DNA of 64,000 nucleotides from Oscillospiraceae bacterium. GTDB taxonomy: Bacteria; Bacillota; Clostridia; Oscillospirales; CAG-382. This document shows positions 39,749 through 49,850 of this stretch, piece after piece. The position numbers were made by a program, and so were the translations under genes. Location of the stretch: assembly GCA_015063785.1 (NCBI GenBank), contig SVTM01000005.1:35841-99840 (forward strand). The letters run 5' to 3'. Position 1 is the stretch's first letter; each line of letters opens with the position of its first letter. The notes under the pieces are model-generated. The model had not been told where the DNA came from. It ran no database searches and was given only the letters and a program-made list of their open reading frames with translations.

Positions 39749-41260
39749 TTACAAAAGGACGTTGATATTTCTGCAGAATTCGTTTTGTTCAACGTCCACG
39801 TCGGCATTCGTCAGTTTTTTGCCGCCGAGGTAAAAATCCTTTACCGTGATATCCGAAACTTCGCTTTCTGCCGAATGTCCGACAAAGCGCAGTTTTGGTC
39901 TGCGGTCATCGTAGAGTCGTATGTTTTCAAAGGTGATGCGGCTGTTTTTTCCGCGGCGTTTTCCGCCGCCCGAGTATTCCTCGTGAAAAGCCACCTCCAC
40001 GCAGATGGTAAAGGGAGTGTATTCGGGGTTGTCATTATGATACACGTCATCGTCCTTTTTCTGAATTATCGGACGCGCCATGATCATGTCAAATTCGATG
40101 GACATATTCTTGTACACTACGTCGTGAACGTCGGCATAATCCACATTGTAGCAGTCAAGGGGGTTTACACAGGCATGGATTATATGGCACGAATCGAAAA
40201 GAATGTCAAAAATTTCTTCTGCGCGGGTTTCGGCACCGATCTCAAGGCTTTTGCCCCAGTCGTTCCAGATAACGCAGTTTGAAACGTGCACGTTTTTGAA
40301 AACGTCATAACATTTGCCGTTGCGGTATATAGCGTCGCGTGTGGCTTTTTCGGCGTTTTCGGCAAAGAAAAAGTCAAAGCCTTTGACACAGATGGCATCG
40401 TCAAAAGTACGCAGAAAACAATTGTCAATATTTACGTTTTTGCAGTTGTGCATGTCGATTCCGTCGGAATTGTACCGCCAGCAACCGATGATCTTTACGT
40501 TGCGGATATCTATGTTTTCGCACCCCGACGGTTTGATGTTGTACACGAGCGAATCTCTTATGGTAATGCCTTCGATTTCGATATTTGTGCAGTAATTAAG
40601 CATGACAGTATGCTCTCTTACGGCGTTGTTTACGGCAGAAAAATTGTTTTCTTCGTTGGCGTCAAAGAGTATCTGCTCTTTGTTTTTGCTGTTGTCAAGG
40701 ATGCCGCGTCCGAGAATTTTTATATTTTCGGCATCGTTTGCGCGCACGCAGGCATAAACCACGGCTCCCTCATCGATGAAAAGAGTCTGGTTGCTTTCGA
40801 GGTATATCGTTCCTGCATCGTGCTCGCCTTTTCCAAAATAAATGACGTTTTCGTCATCTTTGTCTATGTTATAAATTTTTACGGGATCTGCAAAAATATG
40901 CAGTGCGTTGCTTCTGCCATAGGGTTCGACGGTGAAATATGCAGGTTTTTCGAGGGTAAAGATTATTCTGCCGTCATCGGTGATTTCGGGGGTGATCCCC
41001 AGCTCAAAAGGGCGGATCTCTGCTTTTTCAAACGGCTTTTTCGGTTTTATCTCAAAGGTAACGGGTTCATCGGTTTCAAAAGACACAAAGTTTACAAGCT
41101 CGGTCTGGTCAACACTTCTCTGATGTCCCGGCCAACGCCTGTTGAAGGGAACGGCGGATACACGGGCTGTGTTGAGGGGGACGTCAACTCCGTTTATTTT
41201 TATTTCGTAGCCGTCATGACAGAGCTCGATGGGTGTTACGGAGTATATTTTGAAACTCAT
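39749..41260 (-). CDS. Beta-helix glycoside hydrolase, GH28-like
   Basis: YFGKGEH, GRGILD, NSDGID, TFDDAI. Confidence 0.8.
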   Translation of the reverse strand: MSFKIYSVTPIELCHDGYEIKINGVDVPLNTARVSAVPFNRRWPGHQRSVDQTELVNFVSFETDEPVTFEIKPKKPFEKAEIRPFELGITPEITDDGRIIFTLEKPAYFTVEPYGRSNALHIFADPVKIYNIDKDDENVIYFGKGEHDAGTIYLESNQTLFIDEGAVVYACVRANDAENIKILGRGILDNSKNKEQILFDANEENNFSAVNNAVREHTVMLNYCTNIEIEGITIRDSLVYNIKPSGCENIDIRNVKIIGCWRYNSDGIDMHNCKNVNIDNCFLRTFDDAICVKGFDFFFAENAEKATRDAIYRNGKCYDVFKNVHVSNCVIWNDWGKSLEIGAETRAEEIFDILFDSCHIIHACVNPLDCYNVDYADVHDVVYKNMSIEFDMIMARPIIQKKDDDVYHNDNPEYTPFTICVEVAFHEEYSGGGKRRGKNSRITFENIRLYDDRRPKLRFVGHSAESEVSDITVKDFYLGGKKLTNADVDVEQNEFCRNINVLL

Positions 41261-41278
41261 GGTAGCACTCCTTTTTTA

Positions 41279-42247
41279 TTACAAAGTCGAGGTGGATTTT
41301 TTGTTATTGTTTTTTTGTCCGATGTCAGAAACAAATCTGAAAGTTGCCGGCCATATGCAGACAGCAAAGACAACGATGAGAAAATATCTGACTCCGTGGG
41401 CAACGCCTGCGCCGCCAAAAAGAGAAAGCAGGGGATCTTCCAGCATTTTTATGCCGAAAACGCCTGCCACACCCGGCACGATTTTTAAAATATTTCCGAG
41501 AAAGGTCGCCCCTGTTTCAAATCTGACAAATCTGCGCTCGATGGGATATGCCACCGCGATGCCGCAAACTCCGCCCATCATGTACCACGCATGACGTCTG
41601 GAGGATATTATGTTTTCGATCTCGTGGGCATCAAATCCCTGTGCCATATAGGAAATGACAAGATATGCCGCGGATATTGCCACCATGCACGCAATAATGA
41701 TATACATGGTGGGCGGCTTTTTGTCGACCAGTCTGAACACGTAATAAAAAAGCAAAACAAGGAATACCGCCAGCAAAGCCGATATTAAAACGTCCCACGA
41801 GGTATGTACGCCAAGATACATACGCGAGATCGCTACGAGAACGGCAAGAAGTCCGCAGGATATGTAAAGCGTGACACGGGCTTTTTTTGTTTTTGCAAGC
41901 TCTTTTGCGCTCATGGCAAAGCAACCTGCAATACTTACTGCGTTTTGGGTGTGTCCGCTGGGAAAAGAATATCCCGGTGCACCCGAGCGTGCGATCTCGA
42001 CGATCGAAAAGTCGGGATCGATTATCCACGGGCGCGGAACGCGGCAGACGAGCTTTAGGATCTGATTGATGACCGCGCCGAAAAAGCAGACCGACATCAG
42101 ATAGTATCCGAACCGCTTGCTGATGCACCAATAGACGGTTATAGCAAGGGCGATAAAAAACACTTCTGCTCCCAGCGCCGTTATGTAATAGAAGAGCTTA
42201 TCGAAAAAAGGGTGTCTGAGCCCCTCAAAAAAATACAGAATATCCAT
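41279..42247 (-). CDS. PAP2 family membrane phosphatase
   Basis: K...R.PRP, SFPSGH, SRMYLGVH. Confidence 0.92.
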   Translation of the reverse strand: MDILYFFEGLRHPFFDKLFYYITALGAEVFFIALAITVYWCISKRFGYYLMSVCFFGAVINQILKLVCRVPRPWIIDPDFSIVEIARSGAPGYSFPSGHTQNAVSIAGCFAMSAKELAKTKKARVTLYISCGLLAVLVAISRMYLGVHTSWDVLISALLAVFLVLLFYYVFRLVDKKPPTMYIIIACMVAISAAYLVISYMAQGFDAHEIENIISSRRHAWYMMGGVCGIAVAYPIERRFVRFETGATFLGNILKIVPGVAGVFGIKMLEDPLLSLFGGAGVAHGVRYFLIVVFAVCIWPATFRFVSDIGQKNNNKKSTSTL

Positions 42248-42423
42248 TTTTTCTCCGCAAATAATATTTATAATGCTATCATATCATTTTTGCAGGATTT
42301 TGTCAATAAACCGAGTGTGAACTGCTTTTTTCACCTATTGAAATAAAACTGTTGAAAAAGCCGCCATTTTGTGTTAGAATAAAGAAAAACAAAGCTTACT
42401 TTGCACAAAAAAAGGAGTCGGCA

Positions 42424-42663
42424 ATGAAGAAAAACCGCGATTATGTCAATGCCTGCGCCCTCTGCGAGCATTCGTGCTACGTGGAGTATGACGAAAAGTA
42501 TATCTGCAAATACAAAAACCGCTGTCTTGTGGTGGAAGACGATCATTCCTGCCGTCATTTCAGATTTGATCTTTTAAAGCTCGATCCTGCCCCCAAGCGC
42601 CCGTATACTGCACAGGGCGTGGAGATCGGGGACATTTCCGATAGCGCAAAAGACGGTGAATGA
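42424..42663 (+). CDS. Small Cys-rich hypothetical protein
   Basis: AAGGAG SD before ATG; CALCEH..C..C..C pattern. Confidence 0.7.
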   Translation: MKKNRDYVNACALCEHSCYVEYDEKYICKYKNRCLVVEDDHSCRHFRFDLLKLDPAPKRPYTAQGVEIGDISDSAKDGE

Positions 42664-43201
42664 TATGGAAAATACGAAAAAACACGACCTTATCCTTGAG
42701 GCGTACGAACTTCTTTCGGATGTTACGCCAAAAAAATACGATTGCGGTCTTCTCTGCTCTGCCGCCTGCTGCGGCGAAAACACGAGCCACGGTGATGAGG
42801 ACGACTGCGGAATGCTTTTGCTCCCCGGCGAAAAAGAGCTTCTTTCGGGGGAGGCAGGCTTTGATTTTCGCGACAGCGAAGAAGGATGCCTTCTTGTTTG
42901 TGGCGGAAAATGTCTGCGAGATCTGCGCCCCTTTGCTTGCCGGATTTTTCCCTTTTATCCCAAGATAGAAAAAATGGGAAAAAGACTGTCGGTGCAGATC
43001 CTTCCCGATCCGCGCGCAAAAGGGATTTGTCCGATTCTTTCGGATTTCAGACGTCGCAAGACCCATGTGGAGTTTATCCGTGCGGCAAAAAGAGCCGTGC
43101 GCGTGCTTCTTTGTGATGACGACATCAAGGGCGAGCTTATATCCCAAAGTGAAATGATCTCGGATATCGAAAGGCTGAGAGAAAGGCTCTTGGGAAAATA
43201 A
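42656..43201 (+). CDS. Cys-cluster protein (YkgJ/CxxCxxCC-like)
   Basis: DCGLLCSAACC, LLPGE, RPFACRIFP, CP. Confidence 0.75.
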   Translation: MNDMENTKKHDLILEAYELLSDVTPKKYDCGLLCSAACCGENTSHGDEDDCGMLLLPGEKELLSGEAGFDFRDSEEGCLLVCGGKCLRDLRPFACRIFPFYPKIEKMGKRLSVQILPDPRAKGICPILSDFRRRKTHVEFIRAAKRAVRVLLCDDDIKGELISQSEMISDIERLRERLLGK

Positions 43202-43216
43202 AAACGATAAAAATAT

Positions 43217-43243
43217 GGGCTGCGGCATTTGCCGCAGCCCTTT
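43217..43243. terminator. Terminator between convergent genes
   Basis: GGGCTGCGGCA/TGCCGCAGCCC. Confidence 0.8.
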
Positions 43244-43266
43244 GTGTTTTTGTTGCTGTTGCGATC

Positions 43267-44664
43267 TTACGAAAGTTTGAAGAATACGTCGAGTACCGAG
43301 AAAACAAGGATCGCCACAATACAAACTGGAGCGATGTACTTGACAACGACTTCAAAGAGCTTCTTGCCCTTGAACTTGCCGTTGATCTCAACTTCGTCGG
43401 AAATTGTCTTTGTTTTGATAACGTAGCCGACGAGGATACATGTGAGAAGAGCAACGATAGGCATGAGGATGTTGTTGCTGATGAAATCAAAGAAGTCGAG
43501 GATCGAGCCGCCTGCTGTGCCGAGGGGATTGATGAAGCTGAGAACACCAAAACCGAGCGACGAGGGAACGCCGAGAATGATCGAAATTCCGAGAGTGATG
43601 AAGCAGCAGGTCTTTCTGCCGATATGGAACTTGTCGTGGATGATGGAAACAATGGCTTCCATAAGCGAGATCGACGATGTGAGAGCCGCAAAGATGACGA
43701 GCAGGAAGAAGAGTGCGCCGACGATGTCGCCGGTGATGCCGGGCATTCCGTCAAAGACCTTTGGCAGCGAAACGAACATAAGGCTGGGACCGGACTTGAG
43801 AAGTCCGTCGAGCTGTTCGGGGTTCGAAGCAGTTGCCGAGAAAAGGGGCGGAATGATCATAAGACCCGCAAGGAAGGCGATGCCTGTGTCGAAGATCTCG
43901 ATATGGCGTACAGACGATTCGAGGTTTACGTCCTTCTTCATGTACGAGCCGTAGGTTATCATAATACCCATGGCAAGCGACATTGAATAGAAGAGCTGAC
44001 CCATCGCCGAAAGAACTGTTACGACAGAGAAGTTTTGGAAATCGGGAAGAAGATAATATTTAACACCTTCCATTGCGCCGGGGCGTGTCATACCGAAAAT
44101 AGCGATGCCGATCGAAAGGAGAACGAGAACGGGCATCATGATCTTTGATACCTTTTCGATACCCTTGTCAACGCCGAGCAGAACGACGAGAGCGGTGAGA
44201 CCGAGGAAGAGAGCAAACCAAAGAAGAGGTTCGCCTGCCTTGGAAACAAAGCCGCCAAAGAAACCGTCGGCCGCCGATTCGTGGCCCGCGCCCGAAACGT
44301 AAACGCCGAAATACTTCATTACCCAACCGCCGATTACGCAGTAGTAAGGAAGAATGATGATCGGAACTATCGCAGAAAGATAGCCGAGGAAGGAAAATTT
44401 GCTGTTGAGCTTTTTGTATGCGCCGATAGCGGAAAGACCTGTTTTTCTACCGATGGCGATTTCTGTTACCATAAGACCGAAACCAAAGGTTACGGCAAGG
44501 ATCAGATATACCAGAAGAAAGATTCCGCCGCCGTGCTTTGCGGCAAGATAGGGGAAACGCCACATGTTACCCAAACCGACTGCAGAACCTGCTGCCGCGA
44601 GAACAAAACCGAGCTTTCCCGAAAAGTTGCTTCTTTTCTGAGTGTTGTTCATAGACTCCTCCAA
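43267..44664 (-). CDS. Sodium-dependent transporter, NSS/SNF family
   Basis: AAAGSAVGLGNMWRFPY, GQLFYSMSL, YGSY, FAALTSSIS. Confidence 0.95.
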   Translation of the reverse strand: MEESMNNTQKRSNFSGKLGFVLAAAGSAVGLGNMWRFPYLAAKHGGGIFLLVYLILAVTFGFGLMVTEIAIGRKTGLSAIGAYKKLNSKFSFLGYLSAIVPIIILPYYCVIGGWVMKYFGVYVSGAGHESAADGFFGGFVSKAGEPLLWFALFLGLTALVVLLGVDKGIEKVSKIMMPVLVLLSIGIAIFGMTRPGAMEGVKYYLLPDFQNFSVVTVLSAMGQLFYSMSLAMGIMITYGSYMKKDVNLESSVRHIEIFDTGIAFLAGLMIIPPLFSATASNPEQLDGLLKSGPSLMFVSLPKVFDGMPGITGDIVGALFFLLVIFAALTSSISLMEAIVSIIHDKFHIGRKTCCFITLGISIILGVPSSLGFGVLSFINPLGTAGGSILDFFDFISNNILMPIVALLTCILVGYVIKTKTISDEVEINGKFKGKKLFEVVVKYIAPVCIVAILVFSVLDVFFKLS

Positions 44665-44828
44665 AAATGAGTATTTCTGTGACGAAAAATATATTGTTCA
44701 GTCACATTTTTATCATTTTACCATAAATTTTCTGTTTCGTCAATCCCAAAGAGTATTTTTTGTACAAAAAGACGAGCGAAATCTGTGCTTTTCGACGTTC
44801 TATCACATTGTCGGGCAGGCTTTTTCTA

Positions 44829-44857
44829 TTGACAAAAAGAAATATAAGGGATATAAT
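44829..44857 (+). promoter_or_regulatory. SigA promoter of the walRK-like operon
   Basis: TTGACA-17bp-TATAAT. Confidence 0.85.
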
Positions 44858-44913
44858 TATCTTGGAGTTGTGTATAATAATTTTGTAGATATTTGAAAGA
44901 AAGGAGCGGTAAG

Positions 44914-46152
44914 ATGAAAAAACGAAATGCCTCGTCGAAATTTCGGCGATGTTTTGCACTTTTGGCGGCGACGGTTTCGATATTTGCCGCTCTTGTTTCG
45001 GATTTTGCTTATGGCGACGAATACAACGACGCCTGGTTTAACGAATATGCCAACATATCAAAGACGGCAACAGACGAAAACGTGGTGCCCAACCTTTTCA
45101 AAAACGACAAGGCTTTCGAAAATTACAAGCGTTTCCCCCTTGTCGTGCACAACAATGTGCATTATGTTCCTCTCGAAATGTTTTTGGGGCTTGCCGACAC
45201 GAGGCTGACCTATGGCTATTCCTCCGACTATTTTTATCTTTCCCGTGAAAGATCGTCAAGATATATCTCGTTTGACGTGGAAAACAACCTCGTCACCACC
45301 CACAATCTCGAACCTTACACCCTTGAAACCAAGTTGTTCCATTCCACCAGATACATTCCCGTGGCCGAGGTGGCAAAGGTTCTTGGTATTACAATGGAAA
45401 TATATGAAAACCGCGACGAGGGGGTATATGCTCTGCGTCTTTCAGACAGCAAGGCAAAGCTTTCTTTTTCAGAGCTTATCAAGATTTACAGCCCCATCAA
45501 AAAGGACGATCCCGTGTTGCCGCCAGACAAGCCGGACCCCCCTGTGGTCGATCCGGTTGTGACTCCCGAGATTGGCAACCGCTCGATATATCTTTCGGCG
45601 GACGTGACCGATTTTAGGTTTGTAAAGCCCGTGCTTTCAATACTTGAATACAATATTCCGAAAAGCTCCTTCACCTTTTTTGTCAAACCTTCCGATATTC
45701 TGAAGCACCCTGACGAGATACGCCAGATCATAGCGGCAGGTCAGAATGTGGGATTTTTGCTGGACGCCGAGGATCCTGCAGGCTCGCTTGAGGATGCAAG
45801 GGAAAATTTGCGTCTTGTGGCAAAATGCTCGTCAAGACTTGTGAGATTTTCGGTGGGAAGCAGTGGAGTCAAGCTTTCGGACGAGGAATATGCCGCGTTT
45901 GTTGAAAAATACGGCGTGCGCGTCTGGGATTACAACATTTCGTCGGCAGACAAGCCCGATATGTACGAAAAAATGTACGGCGAGCTTTATAATCTTGCCT
46001 CGAACCGCGGAACAACAAGGGCTGTTTTCCGAATCACTCCCGGCACAAACACGGTTTCTGCCCTGCGCCGCCTTTTTGAATCGGTGCGGGCAAAAGATCA
46101 GCTTGTTATTATGAGCTGGGACGAAACCACAAGAAATTATACCGTAAGATAA
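44914..46152 (+). CDS. Secreted protein: stalk (Cu-amine-oxidase-N-like) domain, Pro linker, degenerate polysaccharide deacetylase domain
   Basis: Signal peptide; HYVPL and RYIPV repeats; PPDKPDPP linker; IYLSAD/TFFV/SRLVRF/VWDYN NodB-like motifs. Confidence 0.7.
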   Translation: MKKRNASSKFRRCFALLAATVSIFAALVSDFAYGDEYNDAWFNEYANISKTATDENVVPNLFKNDKAFENYKRFPLVVHNNVHYVPLEMFLGLADTRLTYGYSSDYFYLSRERSSRYISFDVENNLVTTHNLEPYTLETKLFHSTRYIPVAEVAKVLGITMEIYENRDEGVYALRLSDSKAKLSFSELIKIYSPIKKDDPVLPPDKPDPPVVDPVVTPEIGNRSIYLSADVTDFRFVKPVLSILEYNIPKSSFTFFVKPSDILKHPDEIRQIIAAGQNVGFLLDAEDPAGSLEDARENLRLVAKCSSRLVRFSVGSSGVKLSDEEYAAFVEKYGVRVWDYNISSADKPDMYEKMYGELYNLASNRGTTRAVFRITPGTNTVSALRRLFESVRAKDQLVIMSWDETTRNYTVR

Positions 46153-46185
46153 ACACACTTTCACGAAAGGACGGTTGTTCTTAAA

Positions 46186-46905
46186 ATGGACGGCGAAAGA
46201 AAAAAGAAAATACTCATTGTGGAGGATGAAAAGACTATTTCAGAAATCCTTCACTATACAATAACGCGCGAAGGGTACGAGGCGGTTTGTGCCTTTGACG
46301 GGCTTTCGGCTCTCGATCTTGCCCTTGAGGGAAATTTTGATCTGATATTGCTTGACGTGATGCTTCCGGGGCTTGACGGATTTGAGGTCTGCCGCAGAGT
46401 ACGCGAAAAGCTTGATACTCCCATAATCATGCTGACGGCACGAGAGGAGGAGGCGGACAAGGTGTTTGGCCTGGAGCTTGGCGCCGACGACTATATGACA
46501 AAGCCTTTCAGCCATGCCGAGCTGATATCGCGCATAAAGGCAAACATCCGCCGATATCACGGCGAAAACCGCACATCATCTGCAAGCAAAGAGCCTGCCG
46601 ATGACAGCGTTATTTCGATAAACGGCCTTGTTATAAATACAAAAAAATACAGTGTCAGCAAAAACGGTACCGAAATATCCCTTTCCAAAAAGGAATACGA
46701 CCTTGTGGAATTTTTTGCAAAAAATCGTGGCACTGTTTTTCAGCGCGAAGAGATTATGGAAAAGGTGTGGGGATATGATGGATTTTACGGTGATCTGCGC
46801 ACGGTTGACGTAACCCTTGCCCGTATCAGAAAAAAGATCGAAGAAAACCCTGCCGAACCCGAATATATTCAGAACAAGCGTGGCGTCGGATATTTTATGT
46901 CGTAA
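46186..46905 (+). CDS. walR: OmpR family response regulator, WalR/YycF-like
   Basis: ILIVEDE, LLDVMLP, GADDYMTKPF, VWGY...DLRTVDV. Confidence 0.8.
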   Translation: MDGERKKKILIVEDEKTISEILHYTITREGYEAVCAFDGLSALDLALEGNFDLILLDVMLPGLDGFEVCRRVREKLDTPIIMLTAREEEADKVFGLELGADDYMTKPFSHAELISRIKANIRRYHGENRTSSASKEPADDSVISINGLVINTKKYSVSKNGTEISLSKKEYDLVEFFAKNRGTVFQREEIMEKVWGYDGFYGDLRTVDVTLARIRKKIEENPAEPEYIQNKRGVGYFMS

Positions 46906-46923
46906 GGAAAGAGGATTTTTCTA

Positions 46924-48717
46924 ATGTTCAGAAGCCTTACTGTAAAGCTCGCGCTGATTTTTATAGTTTTCATAATCGCCGTTATGGCGGTGGTGGGCGT
47001 TTTTTTGCTGGACAGGGTAAGCTCGTTTTATGCCGATGATTTTCTTGAGCAGATGGACGAGGGTTTTACCGACCGCCTTGTAAACAGTCTTTCGGAATGT
47101 TTTGACACGGCAGATCCTGCCCAGGCGCAAAAGGATGTTATGACTGCCTATTCTGGAAGTTTCAGCTTTGATAGCTACCGCAGCTTTTATATTCTCGACA
47201 TGAGCGGCAACATCCTTGAAAGCTCGGCGGATACCGCAGGATCCGTAGTTAAGACTGCAAATCTTCTTTCGGCGATGAACCGCAAGTCCGAAGAAAACAG
47301 GGTGTCGGGCACCGAATATTTTGACTATGCCATGTATATCAAGGGCGAGGGCGGCGAGAGTATCATCTACATATACGATGATCTGACCCGAATGAAATCG
47401 CTTATCTGGGTACTCTTTTCCATCATCTTCCAGGCGCTTCTCATCGGACTTGCCATTGCGCTCTTCCTTTGCTTTTTCATGACCCGTGCCATAACCTCGC
47501 CCATCAGAAAACTGACGGCAGGTGCAAAGACTATTGCCTCGGGCGAATATGACTATCGCATCGAAAACCGCTCGCACGACGAGATTGGCGAGCTTACCGA
47601 AAACTTCAATCAGATGGCGCGCAAGATCGAACATTCGATGGCGCAGGTTTCGGGCGAGCGTGAAAAGCTTGAAACCATCTTCAGTCGCCTTGAGGATGGA
47701 GTTGCCGCCTTTGACGAAAACGGCAGAATGCTGCACATAAATGATTCTGCCTGCGATATGCTGGGAATCCCCACAGACAAGGAATACGATTTTGACGATT
47801 TTACAAAAGCCCTTGGCATGCCTGAGATAACCAGTGCCATTCTTGTAACAGAAGCCACCATCAATATTCCCGAATATACCATAAAAAAGAAGGCAGGCAC
47901 CGAGCTTATCACCGATGTCAGCTTCAACGTATTCAATTATGACATTGGAAAAACAGGCTATCTTATCGTTATTCAGGATATTACCGACAGAGCTCTGCTT
48001 GAAAAGAGCCGCCGCGAATTTATTGCCAACGTTTCGCACGAGTTGCGTACCCCCCTTACCAGTATCAAGGGTGCAACCGAGCTTATTATTGAGGACGATC
48101 AGCTTCCCGAGCCGATGCGAAAGAGATTTCTTTCGATCGTCATGAACGAAGCGGACAGAATGACCCGTATCGTAAAGGATCTTCTGGTGCTCTCGAGGCT
48201 TGAAAACCGCCGTATGTCCTGGAAAATGTCACGTTTTTCGATCCATTCTGCGCTGTCCCAGATATGCGACGCGCTTAATTCTGAGGCACAGGATCACGGA
48301 CACACCCTTACCTTTGATTCTACCATCCCTGAGGGCGAGATAATTGCCGCCGACAAGGAGCGAATCGAGCAGGTATTTACAAATCTTATAGGAAATTCCA
48401 TCAAATATACTCCCAACGGCGGAAAGATCAAGGTTACGGCATCGATGGCGCAGGAGGAAAAATATTCCTACAAGATCACCGTTGCCGACAACGGCATCGG
48501 TATCCCCGAAGAAAATCTGCCCCGAATATTCGAGCGTTTTTATCGCGTTGACAAGGCTCGAAATTCCGACGTCGGCGGCACGGGACTGGGACTTTCGATT
48601 TCGAAGGAGATCGTCGATGCTCACCACGGCGATATCAGTATAACCAGCCGCAAGGGCGAGGGTACCACTGTGACGGTGCTTTTGCCGTCGCATACAGCTG
48701 TTTGCGAAGAAGATTGA
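46924..48717 (+). CDS. walK: Sensor kinase, WalK/YycG-like (2 TM, HAMP, PAS, HisKA, HATPase)
   Basis: RREFIANVSHELRTPLT, NSIKY, DNGIG, FERFYRVDKAR, GGTGLGL. Confidence 0.8.
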   Translation: MFRSLTVKLALIFIVFIIAVMAVVGVFLLDRVSSFYADDFLEQMDEGFTDRLVNSLSECFDTADPAQAQKDVMTAYSGSFSFDSYRSFYILDMSGNILESSADTAGSVVKTANLLSAMNRKSEENRVSGTEYFDYAMYIKGEGGESIIYIYDDLTRMKSLIWVLFSIIFQALLIGLAIALFLCFFMTRAITSPIRKLTAGAKTIASGEYDYRIENRSHDEIGELTENFNQMARKIEHSMAQVSGEREKLETIFSRLEDGVAAFDENGRMLHINDSACDMLGIPTDKEYDFDDFTKALGMPEITSAILVTEATINIPEYTIKKKAGTELITDVSFNVFNYDIGKTGYLIVIQDITDRALLEKSRREFIANVSHELRTPLTSIKGATELIIEDDQLPEPMRKRFLSIVMNEADRMTRIVKDLLVLSRLENRRMSWKMSRFSIHSALSQICDALNSEAQDHGHTLTFDSTIPEGEIIAADKERIEQVFTNLIGNSIKYTPNGGKIKVTASMAQEEKYSYKITVADNGIGIPEENLPRIFERFYRVDKARNSDVGGTGLGLSISKEIVDAHHGDISITSRKGEGTTVTVLLPSHTAVCEED

Positions 48718-48767
48718 AAAAAGAGAATGCAAAAAGCGACTAAATGCCGGAACAAGCCTATTTTTGG

Positions 48768-48797
48768 TTGACAAGAGGCTCTGTTTGAGGGTATAAT
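48768..48797 (+). promoter_or_regulatory. SigA promoter of DnaC-like gene
   Basis: TTGACA-18bp-TATAAT. Confidence 0.75.
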
Positions 48798-48826
48798 TCT
48801 AATTGCTCAGAAAAGAGGTGTCTGTC

Positions 48827-49819
48827 ATTTCTTATTCGATTGACGTAAGAAAGAAAGTTAAAGAATACTTTGACGAAAAACAGAAAAAAGCCATAGAAGA
48901 AGCTCAGGAACGAAGAAACGAAGTTTATCTTCGCGTTCCTGCTGTTGCAGAAATAGACGATGCGCTGGCAAAAACAGGACTTAAGGTCTATGCCGAAGCG
49001 CTGAAAAAGGGCAACCCTGTGCCCCTTGAGGAAAGAATTGAGGCGTTGCACGAGGAAAACCGTGAGCTTCAGTCTGCCCGTGCGGATATTTTGAAGGAGG
49101 CAGGGTATTCTGCCGATTACACAAAGCCGAGATATGAATGCAAAAAATGCAACGACACGGGCTATGTGGGCATTGATCCCTGCGAATGCCTTATAAAGGC
49201 TTTGCGTCGAGAATCATATCTCAATTCGGGCCTTGGATCTATGCTGGCAGATCAAAGCTTTGACAATTTTGATATTTCACTATACCCCGAAAAATCGCGC
49301 AAAATGATGGAATTTATCCTTTTGCAGACAAAACAATATGCCGAAGATTTCGGAAAAGAGGACTGCGACAAGAATATTATGTTCTACGGCGGTACCGGAC
49401 TTGGAAAAACCCACCTTTCGACAGCAGTGGCAAAAAAGCTGATCGACCGCGGATTTTACGTGGTCTACGACACGGCGCTGAACATCATGCACACCTTTGA
49501 AAGAGAGCGTTTTTCAAAGATCGATGTGCCTGTTACTACCGACAAATATTTTGAATGCGATCTTCTTATCATCGATGATCTCGGTTCGGAATTTGCAAAT
49601 TCGTTTACCCACGCCACCCTTTACAATATTCTCAACACCCGTCTTTGTGCCGACAAGGGCACAATCATCAGCACCAACCTTTCGAGCATCGACGCCATGC
49701 GCAAGGCGTATGACGAGCGCATCGTGTCACGCGTTGTCGGTTCTTACCGCTCGTTCGGTTTTGTGGGCGAAGATATTCGTCTGCGCACGAGAAAACAAAA
49801 CGTTTCAGGCAACAAATAA
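48827..49819 (+). CDS. DnaC/DnaI-like helicase-loader ATPase (probable ATT start)
   Basis: YECKKCNDTG..CEC zinc module, GGTGLGKTHLS, LLIIDDLGSE, STNL, RIVSR. Confidence 0.85.
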   Translation: MSYSIDVRKKVKEYFDEKQKKAIEEAQERRNEVYLRVPAVAEIDDALAKTGLKVYAEALKKGNPVPLEERIEALHEENRELQSARADILKEAGYSADYTKPRYECKKCNDTGYVGIDPCECLIKALRRESYLNSGLGSMLADQSFDNFDISLYPEKSRKMMEFILLQTKQYAEDFGKEDCDKNIMFYGGTGLGKTHLSTAVAKKLIDRGFYVVYDTALNIMHTFERERFSKIDVPVTTDKYFECDLLIIDDLGSEFANSFTHATLYNILNTRLCADKGTIISTNLSSIDAMRKAYDERIVSRVVGSYRSFGFVGEDIRLRTRKQNVSGNK

Positions 49820-49850
49820 TAAATAAAAATCATACAAAGGAGAAAACACC

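Noticed and set aside
44665-44828. Riboswitch upstream of the NSS transporter
   Set aside because: No recognisable aptamer or terminator by eye; an Rfam scan would be needed
48803-49819. IS21 IstB helper ATPase
   Set aside because: No istA or terminal repeats; N-terminal coiled coil and zinc module fit the chromosomal DnaC-like family
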